64,000 nucleotides of DNA from the IMG/VR virus record IMGVR_UViG_3300046782_000129, positions 1 to 64,000 of that record; one strand, written 5' to 3'. This stretch comes from a virus. The notes beneath the pieces were generated by a model. The model did no database searches. It saw only the letters and a list, made by a program, of their open reading frames with translations, and was not told the origin of the DNA. Both the position numbers and the translations under genes were made by a program. Every line of letters starts with the position of its first letter. Position 1 is the first letter of the stretch. Shown here piece after piece: positions 9,117-19,719 of the stretch.

Positions 9117-12100
9117 TGCCCCCGACCTCAGCCGCGATGGAGTTGAAAGTTCTGATTAGCGTCTTGCAGGAGGGCGGAGCACTCAAGACCCTACTAGCGG
9201 ATACCAAATCTCTGACTACGGCACTGACGACCCTTCAAGGGCAAGCTCAGAAAGGAAATGCCGAACAGAGTATCAAGAAGATTGGGGATGCCGGAAACGA
9301 AGCGGCTAAGGGTATCGCCAATCTGAACTCCATAATGGAGAAGGCCGTTGCGGGGGTAAAATTTCTGGCCGGTGGGTTTCTGGCGTTGGAGTCGGTACGG
9401 TTTATCAAAGACCTCGCAGATACGGCAGCACGAGCCGAAGTGCTGGCTACGGTGCTCCATGTTGTCGGATTCAATGCCGGATACTCTGTTGATCAGCTTG
9501 ATAAAGCGGATCGTCAAATTCAAGCTCTTGGAATTACAGCGACGGCATCACGTCAGGCCCTCACTCAGTTCATCCAAGCTCAGTTAGACCTCACCAAGGC
9601 CCCAGAACTCGCCCGAGCCGCCCAAGACGCAGCGGTCATTCTCGGAGTGAACTCGTCAGAAGCGTTTTCTCGGTTAGTGACGGCTGTACAGACCAGTAAC
9701 ACGCTGATGCTTCGGCACATGGGCATTATCGTGCAGGCCGAAGGTTCCTATTCGAAGTACGCTGCTGCGATTGGGAAGACAGCAGGACAGTTAACGACGG
9801 AGGAGCGTCATCAAGCGTTTTTGAACGCCACGCTAGAGGAAGCGAAAAAGATCCAAGGGTCATACGAAGCCGCGATGGGAGACGTGGGTAAGCAATTGAC
9901 GTCTCTCGACCGCTTGACTGAGAACTTGAAGGAATCGTTGGGTAAGAATTTACTGCCTGCGTATTTGGCTGTGGTGCAGGAACTGTCGTTGGTGTTGGAG
10001 CAGTTGAAACTGACGTCCGATGGGATGTACGAACAGGGTGAAGGAGCGAAGACTCTCGGGGAAAACGTTCGTGAACTGGTGAAATTTCTCCACGATTTAC
10101 TCGATATCATCATTAAGTTCAAAACAGAAATTCTAGGATTTGTGGGGGGATGGATTCTGCTGAGATACGTCATGCTCCCGGTCGTGGAAGGACTCAAATG
10201 GCTCGTTACGTATCTGGGGAGTGGTGAACTGGCCGCAGGGGCGGGCATTCTCGGGAGGATCGCCGGAGCGTTTAGTCTTCTTGGTGCGACGATCATCATT
10301 TTTGTCGTCGGTATGGCCATTGTCTCTGAGCGATTCCGTATGGGATTGGCAGGGATGGCCAGTGCGGTCATGGCGGCAGCAGAAGCCATGACTATCCCTT
10401 TCCAAGGGGCATTTCGAGCGATTATCGCGGCTCTGCAAACCCTACGAAATATCATCGACCACCCATTTGACACGGATAGTTGGAAGCAGCCGTGGATTGA
10501 GTGGGAAAAGTACATCAAAGATAGAATTTCGGGAGTAAAGGATTGGTGGGACTTAGCGAAGGTCGGATTCTCCATCGCCTTCCCACAGCTAGCCACGCCC
10601 GAGTTTGCCCGAGGGATCGTCCAATCACAATTGACGAAAACCTTTGAGGAAGAAGCCCAACTTCTTGAGCAGATCACTAGGAAGACTCAAGAGTACAACG
10701 ATATGACAACTGCCGGGTCTACGGCCATGGCCACGGCGGCTAAAAAAGAATTGGATGTTCTAAATAGTAAGGCAAAAACGCTCCATGAAAATCGGATGGC
10801 CGCAGAAGACGCTCTGAAATACTCTAAAGAACAGCGGGCACAAGCTGAAAAGGACTTGGAGACCAGACGAGCACAGATAAAGCTGGAAGCTCTTGCGACT
10901 TCGGTAGAAGAGGCGAGAAAGGGAGCGAAGTTCGGGTACGGCCCATCTGGTGAAATTGGTGTGCAGTTTGGCAATCAGTTGGGGCAGTTCAATTCGTTGC
11001 TGAGAGGGTACACCACAGGTGTTGATCATGCTGGGGTCGCTACTGCCGAATTGGTTCGCAACCTTGAAGAGGTTGGTGCCCAGACCAAGACCCGAGATGA
11101 ACTGGTTCAACTGAAAAAGGCAGCAGACGACCTGTTGAAGACTCCGGGGCTGTCTCTGTCTGAGACTTTGCGGGCGAGACAGGTCTCGTCCACGGCGGCT
11201 CTTCAAGTGGCACAAGCCGAGCGGCAACGTTCAGCAGCCATTGTCGCTGATCAGATAGAAAAAGCCAAAGAAATTACGGATATCCAGACCCAGAAGGATG
11301 AACGGGAACTCGCCAACCTCAAGACCCGTGGGACCAACGAACAACAGTTGCTGGAGTTTCAGTACAAGCAGCACCTTGTTCTGCTCGATGACTACTACGA
11401 TGCCCGCATCGCCAAGATTCGGAAGGAGACCGACGCTGAGGTGAAGGTGCAGCAAGACCAAATTGCTGCGATAGATGCCAAGGCCGCGATTGGAAATCAA
11501 GATCCGAAAGTTTACGCCGATCTAGCTATCCAAAAGGCGAAAGCCGTCGCCCAAATCGCGCAGATTCGGGGCAGGGGTGAAAACGAGGAAGACGCGCAGA
11601 ACCAAGAGCGGATTACCCAGAGGAATCAACTCGTTGATGACCTGAGGATGGCCACGTTTCAACAGCGTGCTCAAGTGGGGGGCATTACCGCTGAGATGGC
11701 CCTGTTGAATGAACAATTGGAGCGAGAGAAAGACAAATACGCCGCGTTAGATCCCATGCAGGCGGAAGAACTGACTCGTCTGCATCGTTTGTCAGCGGAA
11801 GCTGCACTGTACCAGAAATACCGGGATCAAGCTCTCCAAGTTGAGATGGGGATCACGCAGGCGTTCAGGGATCAGTTGGATCAGCGACAGCAAGGACGTG
11901 ATCTGGCGGGCGCACAAGATAAGGCCGACGTTGCTACTGGAAAGATGACGGAGAACCAAGCACGGGTCCGATCCAATGACCGTATTCGGCAAGAGATGGC
12001 GGACAATGAACTGAAGCGATTGACGCTTGAAAAAGACTACGCCCTCCAAGCACAACATGCACAGGAGAGCCTTGAGGCAATGAAGGTGGATAAGGTTTCC

Positions 12101-12868
12101 ACCGCCGAACAAATTACGCTTGCCGAGCAGAAATACAACGCGGAGCTTTTGAAGACCCAGACGGCCATTGCTGGGGTGGATAAGGCCCAGATCGAACTCG
12201 CCGCATCCATCGAATCAACCAACAAACAGATTCGGGATTCGTTTGTGAACTCGTGGGCGGATGCGCTAAACCAGATGGTTTTTAGTTTCAATAGTATGGG
12301 GAAAATCTTAGCCGACATGGCGAAGACGATTAGCCAGACCATCATCGGGATCTTTACCAAAGCCTTCGCAGAGGCGTTCGATAAGAAATTTGGAATTTCT
12401 AAGTTTGTTTCTGGATTGGCGGATAGGTTGTTAGGGTTAGGTGGAGGAAGTGGAAGTGGTGCCGGATCTGCGGTGACCGGAAATGCTGGGGGTGGATTGA
12501 TCACCGGACCCGGTACGGGCACCAGTGATTCGATCCCCGCCATGCTGTCCACGGGTGAGCACGTGATGCCTGCCTCCAAGACCGCCCAGTGGTTACCTCT
12601 TCTTGAGGGTATCCGACTCGGAAGAATCCTCCCGGCCTATGCCTTAGGTGGTGTGGTTTCTCTGCAATCGATTGCCATGTCTCCGATCATCCCGAGACGA
12701 TACGCCGCTGGGGGCATGGTCTCCGTGGGTGATGCCGGAGCCTCCAACGTGATGCCCGGTGGCGGCGGGGCGGGCAACATGGTCATTTCTCTCCACCCTG
12801 ATGCGATGAACCTGACTCTCAGGGAGTGGCTGGAGCAAGAAGTTGTCAGACAACAAGGGAGACGGTGA
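9116..12868 (+). CDS. Tape measure protein
   Basis: 1250 aa, helical and Ala-rich, central hydrophobic segments, C-terminal GGLITGPGTGTSDSIPAMLSTGEHV. Confidence 0.92.
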   Translation: MPPTSAAMELKVLISVLQEGGALKTLLADTKSLTTALTTLQGQAQKGNAEQSIKKIGDAGNEAAKGIANLNSIMEKAVAGVKFLAGGFLALESVRFIKDLADTAARAEVLATVLHVVGFNAGYSVDQLDKADRQIQALGITATASRQALTQFIQAQLDLTKAPELARAAQDAAVILGVNSSEAFSRLVTAVQTSNTLMLRHMGIIVQAEGSYSKYAAAIGKTAGQLTTEERHQAFLNATLEEAKKIQGSYEAAMGDVGKQLTSLDRLTENLKESLGKNLLPAYLAVVQELSLVLEQLKLTSDGMYEQGEGAKTLGENVRELVKFLHDLLDIIIKFKTEILGFVGGWILLRYVMLPVVEGLKWLVTYLGSGELAAGAGILGRIAGAFSLLGATIIIFVVGMAIVSERFRMGLAGMASAVMAAAEAMTIPFQGAFRAIIAALQTLRNIIDHPFDTDSWKQPWIEWEKYIKDRISGVKDWWDLAKVGFSIAFPQLATPEFARGIVQSQLTKTFEEEAQLLEQITRKTQEYNDMTTAGSTAMATAAKKELDVLNSKAKTLHENRMAAEDALKYSKEQRAQAEKDLETRRAQIKLEALATSVEEARKGAKFGYGPSGEIGVQFGNQLGQFNSLLRGYTTGVDHAGVATAELVRNLEEVGAQTKTRDELVQLKKAADDLLKTPGLSLSETLRARQVSSTAALQVAQAERQRSAAIVADQIEKAKEITDIQTQKDERELANLKTRGTNEQQLLEFQYKQHLVLLDDYYDARIAKIRKETDAEVKVQQDQIAAIDAKAAIGNQDPKVYADLAIQKAKAVAQIAQIRGRGENEEDAQNQERITQRNQLVDDLRMATFQQRAQVGGITAEMALLNEQLEREKDKYAALDPMQAEELTRLHRLSAEAALYQKYRDQALQVEMGITQAFRDQLDQRQQGRDLAGAQDKADVATGKMTENQARVRSNDRIRQEMADNELKRLTLEKDYALQAQHAQESLEAMKVDKVSTAEQITLAEQKYNAELLKTQTAIAGVDKAQIELAASIESTNKQIRDSFVNSWADALNQMVFSFNSMGKILADMAKTISQTIIGIFTKAFAEAFDKKFGISKFVSGLADRLLGLGGGSGSGAGSAVTGNAGGGLITGPGTGTSDSIPAMLSTGEHVMPASKTAQWLPLLEGIRLGRILPAYALGGVVSLQSIAMSPIIPRRYAAGGMVSVGDAGASNVMPGGGGAGNMVISLHPDAMNLTLREWLEQEVVRQQGRR

Positions 12869-13278
12869 TGCCTCTGCAATTCAGTGACACGCTCAGGAAC
12901 AATCGAGCCAATCAGATCGAGACAACGCTGGGTACGGCTCCAACGATGTACATCTTCTCAGGACCCATGCCCGCCAACTGTGCGGCGGCGGATGCAGGCA
13001 CGCTGCTCTGTCAGTTCACCCTGCCCTCTGACTGGTTGTCCAACGCCACGACCGGCATCAAGACGAAGGTGGGCACGTGGACGGGCACCGCAGGCGTGGC
13101 CGCAGGGGCAGGGACCGCAGCGGGGTACTTTCGGCTCAAGACGGGATCAGCCGTTCACATGCAGGGCAACATCACGGTGACCGGGGGCGGCGGAGCCATG
13201 ACCATCGACAACATCATGATTGTCAATGGTCAGCCGGTGAACGTGACCAACTTCAATGTGATTGACGGCAATGCCTAA
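12868..13278 (+). CDS. Putative virion/tail protein
   Basis: GGGAG RBS, TGATG coupling; AGTAAGYFRL...MQGNITVTGGGG. Confidence 0.7.
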   Translation: MPLQFSDTLRNNRANQIETTLGTAPTMYIFSGPMPANCAAADAGTLLCQFTLPSDWLSNATTGIKTKVGTWTGTAGVAAGAGTAAGYFRLKTGSAVHMQGNITVTGGGGAMTIDNIMIVNGQPVNVTNFNVIDGNA

Positions 13279-13717
13279 TGCATCGCTCGATCAGACGCTC
13301 GGAAGTGTGACGCTTGATGCTCAGGCGTTGAACACGAACAATTTGTCAGTGGATCAGACGCTGCAATCGGTTGCACTGACGGCCACGGGCATTTTAGGTC
13401 GTGTGCTGACCGTCAAGGACTACTTAGGGGAAGCCAAGCTCGATGCTCAGATCGCCTTGGGTGACAAACCTGCGGTGATTACCGGCCCACCCCGCATCTA
13501 CAACCTGACCGGCCCTGTCAGGGATTCCGGAGGGGCCATCCTCTGTTTTGTTGGACCCCCGTGGAAGACGGTGGAGTGGCGAATGGTGCAAGGCACGGGG
13601 ACGTTGACGCCCTTCACGACGTTCACCGATGCTCGGGGACAGGCGTCGTGTCGATTTGATGCAGGCTATCACCCAAAGAAGACGCTGGTGGTGGTCGGCG
13701 TGGCATATGTGCCATGA
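13271..13717 (+). CDS. Putative tail protein with Ig-like segment
   Basis: Coupled ORF; FTDARGQAS Big_1-like pattern. Confidence 0.6.
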   Translation: MPNASLDQTLGSVTLDAQALNTNNLSVDQTLQSVALTATGILGRVLTVKDYLGEAKLDAQIALGDKPAVITGPPRIYNLTGPVRDSGGAILCFVGPPWKTVEWRMVQGTGTLTPFTTFTDARGQASCRFDAGYHPKKTLVVVGVAYVP

Positions 13718-14712
13718 GCGTACGGCTGTTGGCAGGACCATTTCCAGTGGTAAGTCCGAAGGGTACGTCTTTGACGTATTCCCTTCAGGATTGGACATGG
13801 TATCCCGGTATAGGATTTTTGCTGTCTGGAGTTACTACTGCCGAGGAGGAGGCTGGAGAAGCCGGGTTCCAACACACCTATCTGATGACGTTGGATGGGG
13901 TTGTCACTAATTTTTGTCGAGGTCCGCGCTCGTGGAGTTGGTGGCCTGCAAAACAGAGGCTTATAGACATGGCAGCGTACAGGCAACCAGACGGGACCTA
14001 CGAGACTATGGAACTTGTGTTTGAACCTATAGCGATGGTTGCTCAGGCTGCTGGTCCTGAAAAAGCCCCGTCCGGGATAATTACTTTTCTTCGGTATGTG
14101 AAGTTAGCAGATCGGCGTATTTATACGAATTCTTTCAAAATGTATCGGCAGGTTGAGGGGGTCGTACCTGATGTACCCGAGTACGATTTTTACCCATTCT
14201 TTCCGGATGAAGTGTTGCCGGGTAGGTCGGAACACGATATGTGGGTGCCGGGAGCGTCCCAGCAAACTGGGAGTGGGTGTTTCTATGACACGGTAATGTG
14301 CAGGGTGTCGTCACCAGTTTATAAGATAGCCACGCTACCGTATTTCAACTTTTTGGGCTATGCCCCCGAGTACGGGGTGTTGTTTTCTATTCATGCGACT
14401 GGTCCTTCACCGACGATAGATCAATTGATGGTTCGGATATGGAGTTTGGAAGTTCATCCGACCATCTTGACGGTTCCTGAAGCATTCATCGGTACTCCTA
14501 AGTCTGGGCAAGTGGTGACCTATCGAGTGCGCGTGACCGGGGACGATGACGATGGGGCCGAGAATGAACTGGTGAACTGGTCGTTGACTGGAGCCGGGGT
14601 GTTATTGGATGTGCAGACCAAAGCCGATGCCGATGGTTACGCCACGGCGCGGGTGCAGTATGGGCTGGGGGAAAGCGGGTCCTCAACTGTTGAGGCGAGG
14701 GTCCTATGTTAA
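13714..14712 (+). CDS. Tail-region protein A1 (paralog of 15782-16843)
   Basis: MSVRLLAGPF, YVKLADR, KSGQVVTYRV, ELVNW.LTGAG shared with A2; C-terminal Ig-like segment. Confidence 0.75.
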   Translation: MSVRLLAGPFPVVSPKGTSLTYSLQDWTWYPGIGFLLSGVTTAEEEAGEAGFQHTYLMTLDGVVTNFCRGPRSWSWWPAKQRLIDMAAYRQPDGTYETMELVFEPIAMVAQAAGPEKAPSGIITFLRYVKLADRRIYTNSFKMYRQVEGVVPDVPEYDFYPFFPDEVLPGRSEHDMWVPGASQQTGSGCFYDTVMCRVSSPVYKIATLPYFNFLGYAPEYGVLFSIHATGPSPTIDQLMVRIWSLEVHPTILTVPEAFIGTPKSGQVVTYRVRVTGDDDDGAENELVNWSLTGAGVLLDVQTKADADGYATARVQYGLGESGSSTVEARVLC

Positions 14713-15782
14713 GAGAAATATTTCGTTCCGACCCTATTCCGTATATGACTGAGGCGCAGCATCCTAAGTCTGGGTATTGGAATCAAAACAACGCGCCTTC
14801 GCCCTACGTGGAGAAGCTTGCGTGGATCAGTGGGTTGATTGTTCAACATCCCCCGGAAGTTCCTGTGAGTCGTATTCTCGTCACGACCGTGATGTACACC
14901 AACTATTTTTCGTCTGGTGGTGGCACTGCGGCAGATTTTATCTTTGACGCTCTTACTGGAAAATTTGTGACGCGAGTCTCAGGGGATGGGGTAAGTGTTG
15001 GGCTTATTTTTGCGCTGAATACGCCGAAAGCTGCCCGCAGTGGAGTTATTTATTCAAGAGATTACTACCAATCTTCATTGCACAAAATTGCTTTCGGAGC
15101 GTCTACGACCGCTTTGCCGGGAGAACCGCCGACTACCCCCCAAGGGTGGAAGTTTCTTCAGGCCGACGCGGTGGTCATTGACAAGCCTAAGGGGGCCTAT
15201 AAGGAAGACCCCACAGCTTCGGGCTTTCTTAGTAGTCCATTATTTGGGTTCGATGCATGGGCTATTGATGACGTTCAGAAGCCGGGAGCACTCCTCGACG
15301 GGTCGGGTACAGATTTTCGTGTGTTTGAGTTTCCGTCAGGGAAGTGGAAGTACAGCATGGTGGTGCCAGATAGTATCGCGGCGGTTTGTTTGGCGGATGA
15401 TTCTCGATGTTACATCTTGATGGGCAATCGTGTGCTGGTGCTCTTTGATTACGTTCGGGGTGAAGTGATGGGGGCGGCGAAGGTGCCTCCAACAGCAAAC
15501 ACTGGCCCGTACAAAGGGTATTGGAACGCTCCGTATACACAAATGGCGTGGGACAAAGTGTACAACCGGCTGCTGGTGCTGGAGATGGAGGGGGACAAAC
15601 CAGATGGATCGTGTGCATGCAAGGTGCGAGGATTTCAACTGGTGAACATGCCACAACGTATCACTAGACCTATTCCTTTGAAGGTGCCCCGTCAGGGTCG
15701 AGTGGTACCGGTGCTTGTGCAGATCGTAGATGACATGAATCACGGCGTGGGCGGCTACGTGGTCAACGCACAGGTGATCTGA
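14706..15782 (+). CDS. Tail-region protein B1 (paralog of the N-terminal part of 16837-19716)
   Basis: MLREIFR, DDSR.Y, DYVRGE..GA.KVPP, VPRQGR, DDMN.GVGGY shared with B2. Confidence 0.75.
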   Translation: MLREIFRSDPIPYMTEAQHPKSGYWNQNNAPSPYVEKLAWISGLIVQHPPEVPVSRILVTTVMYTNYFSSGGGTAADFIFDALTGKFVTRVSGDGVSVGLIFALNTPKAARSGVIYSRDYYQSSLHKIAFGASTTALPGEPPTTPQGWKFLQADAVVIDKPKGAYKEDPTASGFLSSPLFGFDAWAIDDVQKPGALLDGSGTDFRVFEFPSGKWKYSMVVPDSIAAVCLADDSRCYILMGNRVLVLFDYVRGEVMGAAKVPPTANTGPYKGYWNAPYTQMAWDKVYNRLLVLEMEGDKPDGSCACKVRGFQLVNMPQRITRPIPLKVPRQGRVVPVLVQIVDDMNHGVGGYVVNAQVI

Positions 15783-16843
15783 TGGCGGTGCGACTCCTCG
15801 CAGGACCGTTTTTCATGACCCTGAATGGGGCACCCGCCACATTAGTAGTGGAAGTCACCACGGTGACGTGGTGGCCGGGAGTGGGGTTGATTGCTGAAGG
15901 TTCACCCGGAGGATTCTATTCGTCCTACGTGGGCATCATGACGCTCGATGGGCGATTCTGTGATCGGTCGAATTCTGGCTTGGACTATGCTGGTTGGTGG
16001 CCCGCGAAAAGTGCGTTAGTGCAAATTGTTGGGCACTCGTTTTCAAGTCCTAGAGTGGGCCAGTTCGAATTGATTTACGAGCCGATTGTGTTCACCCCAG
16101 AACGGTCCGGTCCATACGAGGGGGATCCGGTTAATCATCCGTTGTACTTGAAGCAATACGTCAAGCTAGCAGATCGCTGCATTTTTTACGAACCCAACGG
16201 CACCAGCATCTCCACGCCCGAAGGCCCTCGATACGAGCACAGTTTTCGGGTGGTCGTGGACGGGGTGGAAATTGACGGTGAAGGCCCGCCCCACCCGTTC
16301 ACAGGACAGGGAGGAAGTACGGGAAGACTCCACCCCGGACGATCAGACACCGAAGTGTTTGTCACTGCATATTCGATTCAGGGAGATACCCAAGCGGCCT
16401 TCTACGACACGGCCACCAAAACGTGGTCGTCTCCGGTCTATCGCATTGGGATGGTGTGTTATGGCGGGCTGGTGTATTGCTCAGACTTCGGAGTGATGGT
16501 CTCCACCCACAACTGGGTCTCCAACCCTGACGAGCTTGGGAGCCGCACACAATCCAACCAGCTTCGTGTCTGGAGTCTGGAAGTCAACCCCACCATCATG
16601 ACGGACGTGGAGGTGGCCGAAGGAGAAGTGAAGTCTGGGCAGGTCGTGACTTACCGAGTGCAGGTTACCGGGGATCAGGACGATCCGGCTGAAGGCGAAC
16701 TGGTGAACTGGTTCCTGACCGGAGCCGGATTCCTGTTGACGATGCAGAGCAAGACCGATGAAGACGGCTATGCCACCGCCCAAGTGCAATACGGCGTAGC
16801 TGAGACGGGAGAGTCGAAGGTGGAGGCGACCCTGATATGTTGA
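15782..16843 (+). CDS. Tail-region protein A2
   Basis: Paralog of A1; translationally coupled. Confidence 0.75.
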   Translation: MAVRLLAGPFFMTLNGAPATLVVEVTTVTWWPGVGLIAEGSPGGFYSSYVGIMTLDGRFCDRSNSGLDYAGWWPAKSALVQIVGHSFSSPRVGQFELIYEPIVFTPERSGPYEGDPVNHPLYLKQYVKLADRCIFYEPNGTSISTPEGPRYEHSFRVVVDGVEIDGEGPPHPFTGQGGSTGRLHPGRSDTEVFVTAYSIQGDTQAAFYDTATKTWSSPVYRIGMVCYGGLVYCSDFGVMVSTHNWVSNPDELGSRTQSNQLRVWSLEVNPTIMTDVEVAEGEVKSGQVVTYRVQVTGDQDDPAEGELVNWFLTGAGFLLTMQSKTDEDGYATAQVQYGVAETGESKVEATLIC

Positions 16844-19716
16844 GGGAAGTCTTCCGCACTGAGACCATCAAGTATCGTCCCGGAGAGAAATTTGGGGCTT
16901 TCGGGATCTACAGCATGGTGTGTACGACCCCCGTCGAGCAGGCCCAAGGGGATACAAGCATCGTCATCACCGGGGTGGTGCAGACCCAAACGCATGACGG
17001 GGCAGATTTTCTGGGGTGGCGGTACAACAGTGTGACCGGGGCCTTGATCAAGCAATTTGATTTGTTTCCCGGAGGCCCAGAAGGCTTCCTGACGATGAAC
17101 TACATTACATCGTCCCGAATGGGCATGTACTGGGGTGGTCGTGGAGCGGATGGGCAGTTTCAGCGACTGCATTACGGCAACATCGTCACCGCGTTACCGG
17201 AAGATGAGCAGGGCCTGAAGGATTTGGCGAAGCATCCAGAACCTTTCTGGATCTTGGACGGAGAGGTGATTGACTACAAGCACTGGCAGTCCTTGGGTGG
17301 ATTTGGATTTTTGCCTGAGGATAACTACTCTATTGATGACAAGCTGGCCGATGGAGGAAGGTTTCTCGTGGGGTCAGGAGGAATGGCGAACACGCCTGAC
17401 CACATCACGTTGCAGTACTTGTCCGTGTTCAATTTTAAGACAGGCAAGTGGATCTATGATCTGCCGATGGTCAATGAGGTGGTGGCGACGGCCCTTGAAG
17501 ACGATTCTCGCATCTACGTGTTGTTGCAAAATCGCTTGTTGTTACTGGTGGATTACGTCCGAGGAGAGATTCTTGGGGCCTCAAAGGTGCCGCCACTGGT
17601 GAATGGGGATCCCTATGGCGGAAACAGTGGACTCGATGCGGTGTTTGATGGCGTGCGGATGGCGTGGGATTCGTCTCTCCGCCGACTGTTGATTATCGAA
17701 AACTCTCCAGATAAGGCAGACGGCACCTGTACCGTGTGCGTGCGGGGATTTTCATTGTCTGCGGAGCCGAATCGGTTGACGATTCCTATCCCCCTGATCG
17801 TCCCACGTCAAGGCCGCACGATTCCCGTCCTCGTGCAGGTCAAAGACGACATGAATGCAGGCGTCGGTGGGTATGCTGTGGAGGCTGCTGTGGCAGGGTA
17901 TGGATCATTGGTGGGGATGCCCATCACGAACTATCGTGGGGATGCCATCATTAACGTGGCGTGCATCGGGTCTCCCCTGTTTTCTCCCGTGGAACTACCG
18001 GGCGGCGGAGATGGCGGAGGCGGAGGCATTGACACCGGAGGAGGACCCGTCTCAGGACGGGTGCCGTCCATCGGTAAGTCGTGTTGGGTGGGATGGTTTG
18101 AAGTCCTGCCGATCACCTTCCCGACGTTGGCCTACGCCCCGCCCGGAAATGCCTATCTCTGGAGCGATAGAGTCACGCCCACCCTGCCAATCACTGACAC
18201 GAGCAACGTGCAGTTTGCCACGTGGGTACAGGGAGCGTCGGTGGAAGAGATTGAAGGGCGAGTGGCAACAGTCAGTGGACCAGCCGTGGCCTACTGGGAT
18301 AGTCGGACGTGGCCACGTTATCCAAACCTGAGAGTCAATGATTGGCTGGCGATTCAAGCCTACTGTAAAGTCGATGAGATTGCCGCAGATTTTGAAACGA
18401 ATATGCGGGCCACCATCGCTGCCGTCCCGCCCACCTATCAAAAAGTCTGTTTGGTATGTCAGTGCTACACGTCCAACACCACGAACACGAGTGATCTGAT
18501 CGGCATTGTGCCGGTCTATGCTCGGTTGGCGAGAGACCTTCCGAGTGTGACCATGCTACTGGTCTTCACGGATCAAGGACGACAGACCGGGTTGATGGAT
18601 CATCCGGAAGTCCTGCCCTACTGGGTGGATTTGTTCAAAGGCGTACCGACTGCTCCCGTAGGGTTGAGCGTTGGTGCCGAGGTGGCCCGAAGAACGGTCA
18701 GTTCTCTGATGAATGGTATCGCGTTGTTGGATTCGGGATCGATGGACACCGGGTCTGATACCGGATCAGACTATGGTGGTCCTCTTCCCGCAGGACGAGT
18801 GAAAGTGATTGCCACGGTGGTCGTGTCCGGACCAGACCCGACGAACTCTATTCTCCTCAGCGGTGGAATTGACAGTGGGGGCGTCGGCACGGGAGGTACT
18901 GGAGGGACCGGTGGCACAGGCGGTGCTGGAGGACCGGGGACTCCCGCCCCTCCCGGAGGCGGCGTGGACTCGGGCACAAACCTGTCGGAAACTGCACCAA
19001 ATTATTTCTATATCGTGCAGCGAGTGTTTGCTCAAGCCCCATGGAATTTGTCTGAGGGTAATGCGACGGCCTTTGATGGTTCTGGAGCCTTTACCGAAGC
19101 GGTTGTCACGGCTCTGCACGATGTGGATCCACGATTTGGAGACCTCGCAAAAACATTTGGACAGGTCCGGTACAATGGACACTCGGTGGACTCGGTGGAT
19201 TTCAAGAGTCCAGATGGCATCACTGGGGAAGTGATTACCATCGTATCCAACGGACAGATTCAATGGGTGTGGCAGAGCCGTAATTCCGCCAACCTGAGTA
19301 ACTGGTATTACCCAGCGGCAGCATCTTCCGGGGTGCTTCCTCCGAGTTCAAGCGGAGGCACGACTCCTCCACCGAGTGGGTTCAATCCCAGCGGGCCGGG
19401 GTCATCGGCTTCCAGTCCAGTCGTGGCGCAGAGTAAAGATCCGTTCCAAGTTGTGAAGGATGTGGAAGCCAGTTGGGATGTGTTCAGTGGTATCGCCTTA
19501 GTCGGGGGACGGCCTTTTGATAAGTTAGAAGTATGGGTAGCCAAATGTAATACGCCCACGCAAATTGGCAGTGTGTGGACGCAAGGCATGAATCGATACT
19601 GGGAAGATTTGATGGCGGTACAGGCGGGACTGCCAAATTATCCCGTTCTCGTCACCGATGTTAGCCTGCCCGCCATGCATCTAGCCGAGACTGTGGTGCC
19701 TCCGTCACAAGGGTGA
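16837..19716 (+). CDS. Large multidomain tail-region protein B2
   Basis: 959 aa; B-domain followed by domains separated by Gly-rich linkers. Confidence 0.75.
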   Translation: MLREVFRTETIKYRPGEKFGAFGIYSMVCTTPVEQAQGDTSIVITGVVQTQTHDGADFLGWRYNSVTGALIKQFDLFPGGPEGFLTMNYITSSRMGMYWGGRGADGQFQRLHYGNIVTALPEDEQGLKDLAKHPEPFWILDGEVIDYKHWQSLGGFGFLPEDNYSIDDKLADGGRFLVGSGGMANTPDHITLQYLSVFNFKTGKWIYDLPMVNEVVATALEDDSRIYVLLQNRLLLLVDYVRGEILGASKVPPLVNGDPYGGNSGLDAVFDGVRMAWDSSLRRLLIIENSPDKADGTCTVCVRGFSLSAEPNRLTIPIPLIVPRQGRTIPVLVQVKDDMNAGVGGYAVEAAVAGYGSLVGMPITNYRGDAIINVACIGSPLFSPVELPGGGDGGGGGIDTGGGPVSGRVPSIGKSCWVGWFEVLPITFPTLAYAPPGNAYLWSDRVTPTLPITDTSNVQFATWVQGASVEEIEGRVATVSGPAVAYWDSRTWPRYPNLRVNDWLAIQAYCKVDEIAADFETNMRATIAAVPPTYQKVCLVCQCYTSNTTNTSDLIGIVPVYARLARDLPSVTMLLVFTDQGRQTGLMDHPEVLPYWVDLFKGVPTAPVGLSVGAEVARRTVSSLMNGIALLDSGSMDTGSDTGSDYGGPLPAGRVKVIATVVVSGPDPTNSILLSGGIDSGGVGTGGTGGTGGTGGAGGPGTPAPPGGGVDSGTNLSETAPNYFYIVQRVFAQAPWNLSEGNATAFDGSGAFTEAVVTALHDVDPRFGDLAKTFGQVRYNGHSVDSVDFKSPDGITGEVITIVSNGQIQWVWQSRNSANLSNWYYPAAASSGVLPPSSSGGTTPPPSGFNPSGPGSSASSPVVAQSKDPFQVVKDVEASWDVFSGIALVGGRPFDKLEVWVAKCNTPTQIGSVWTQGMNRYWEDLMAVQAGLPNYPVLVTDVSLPAMHLAETVVPPSQG

Positions 19717-19719
19717 ATC

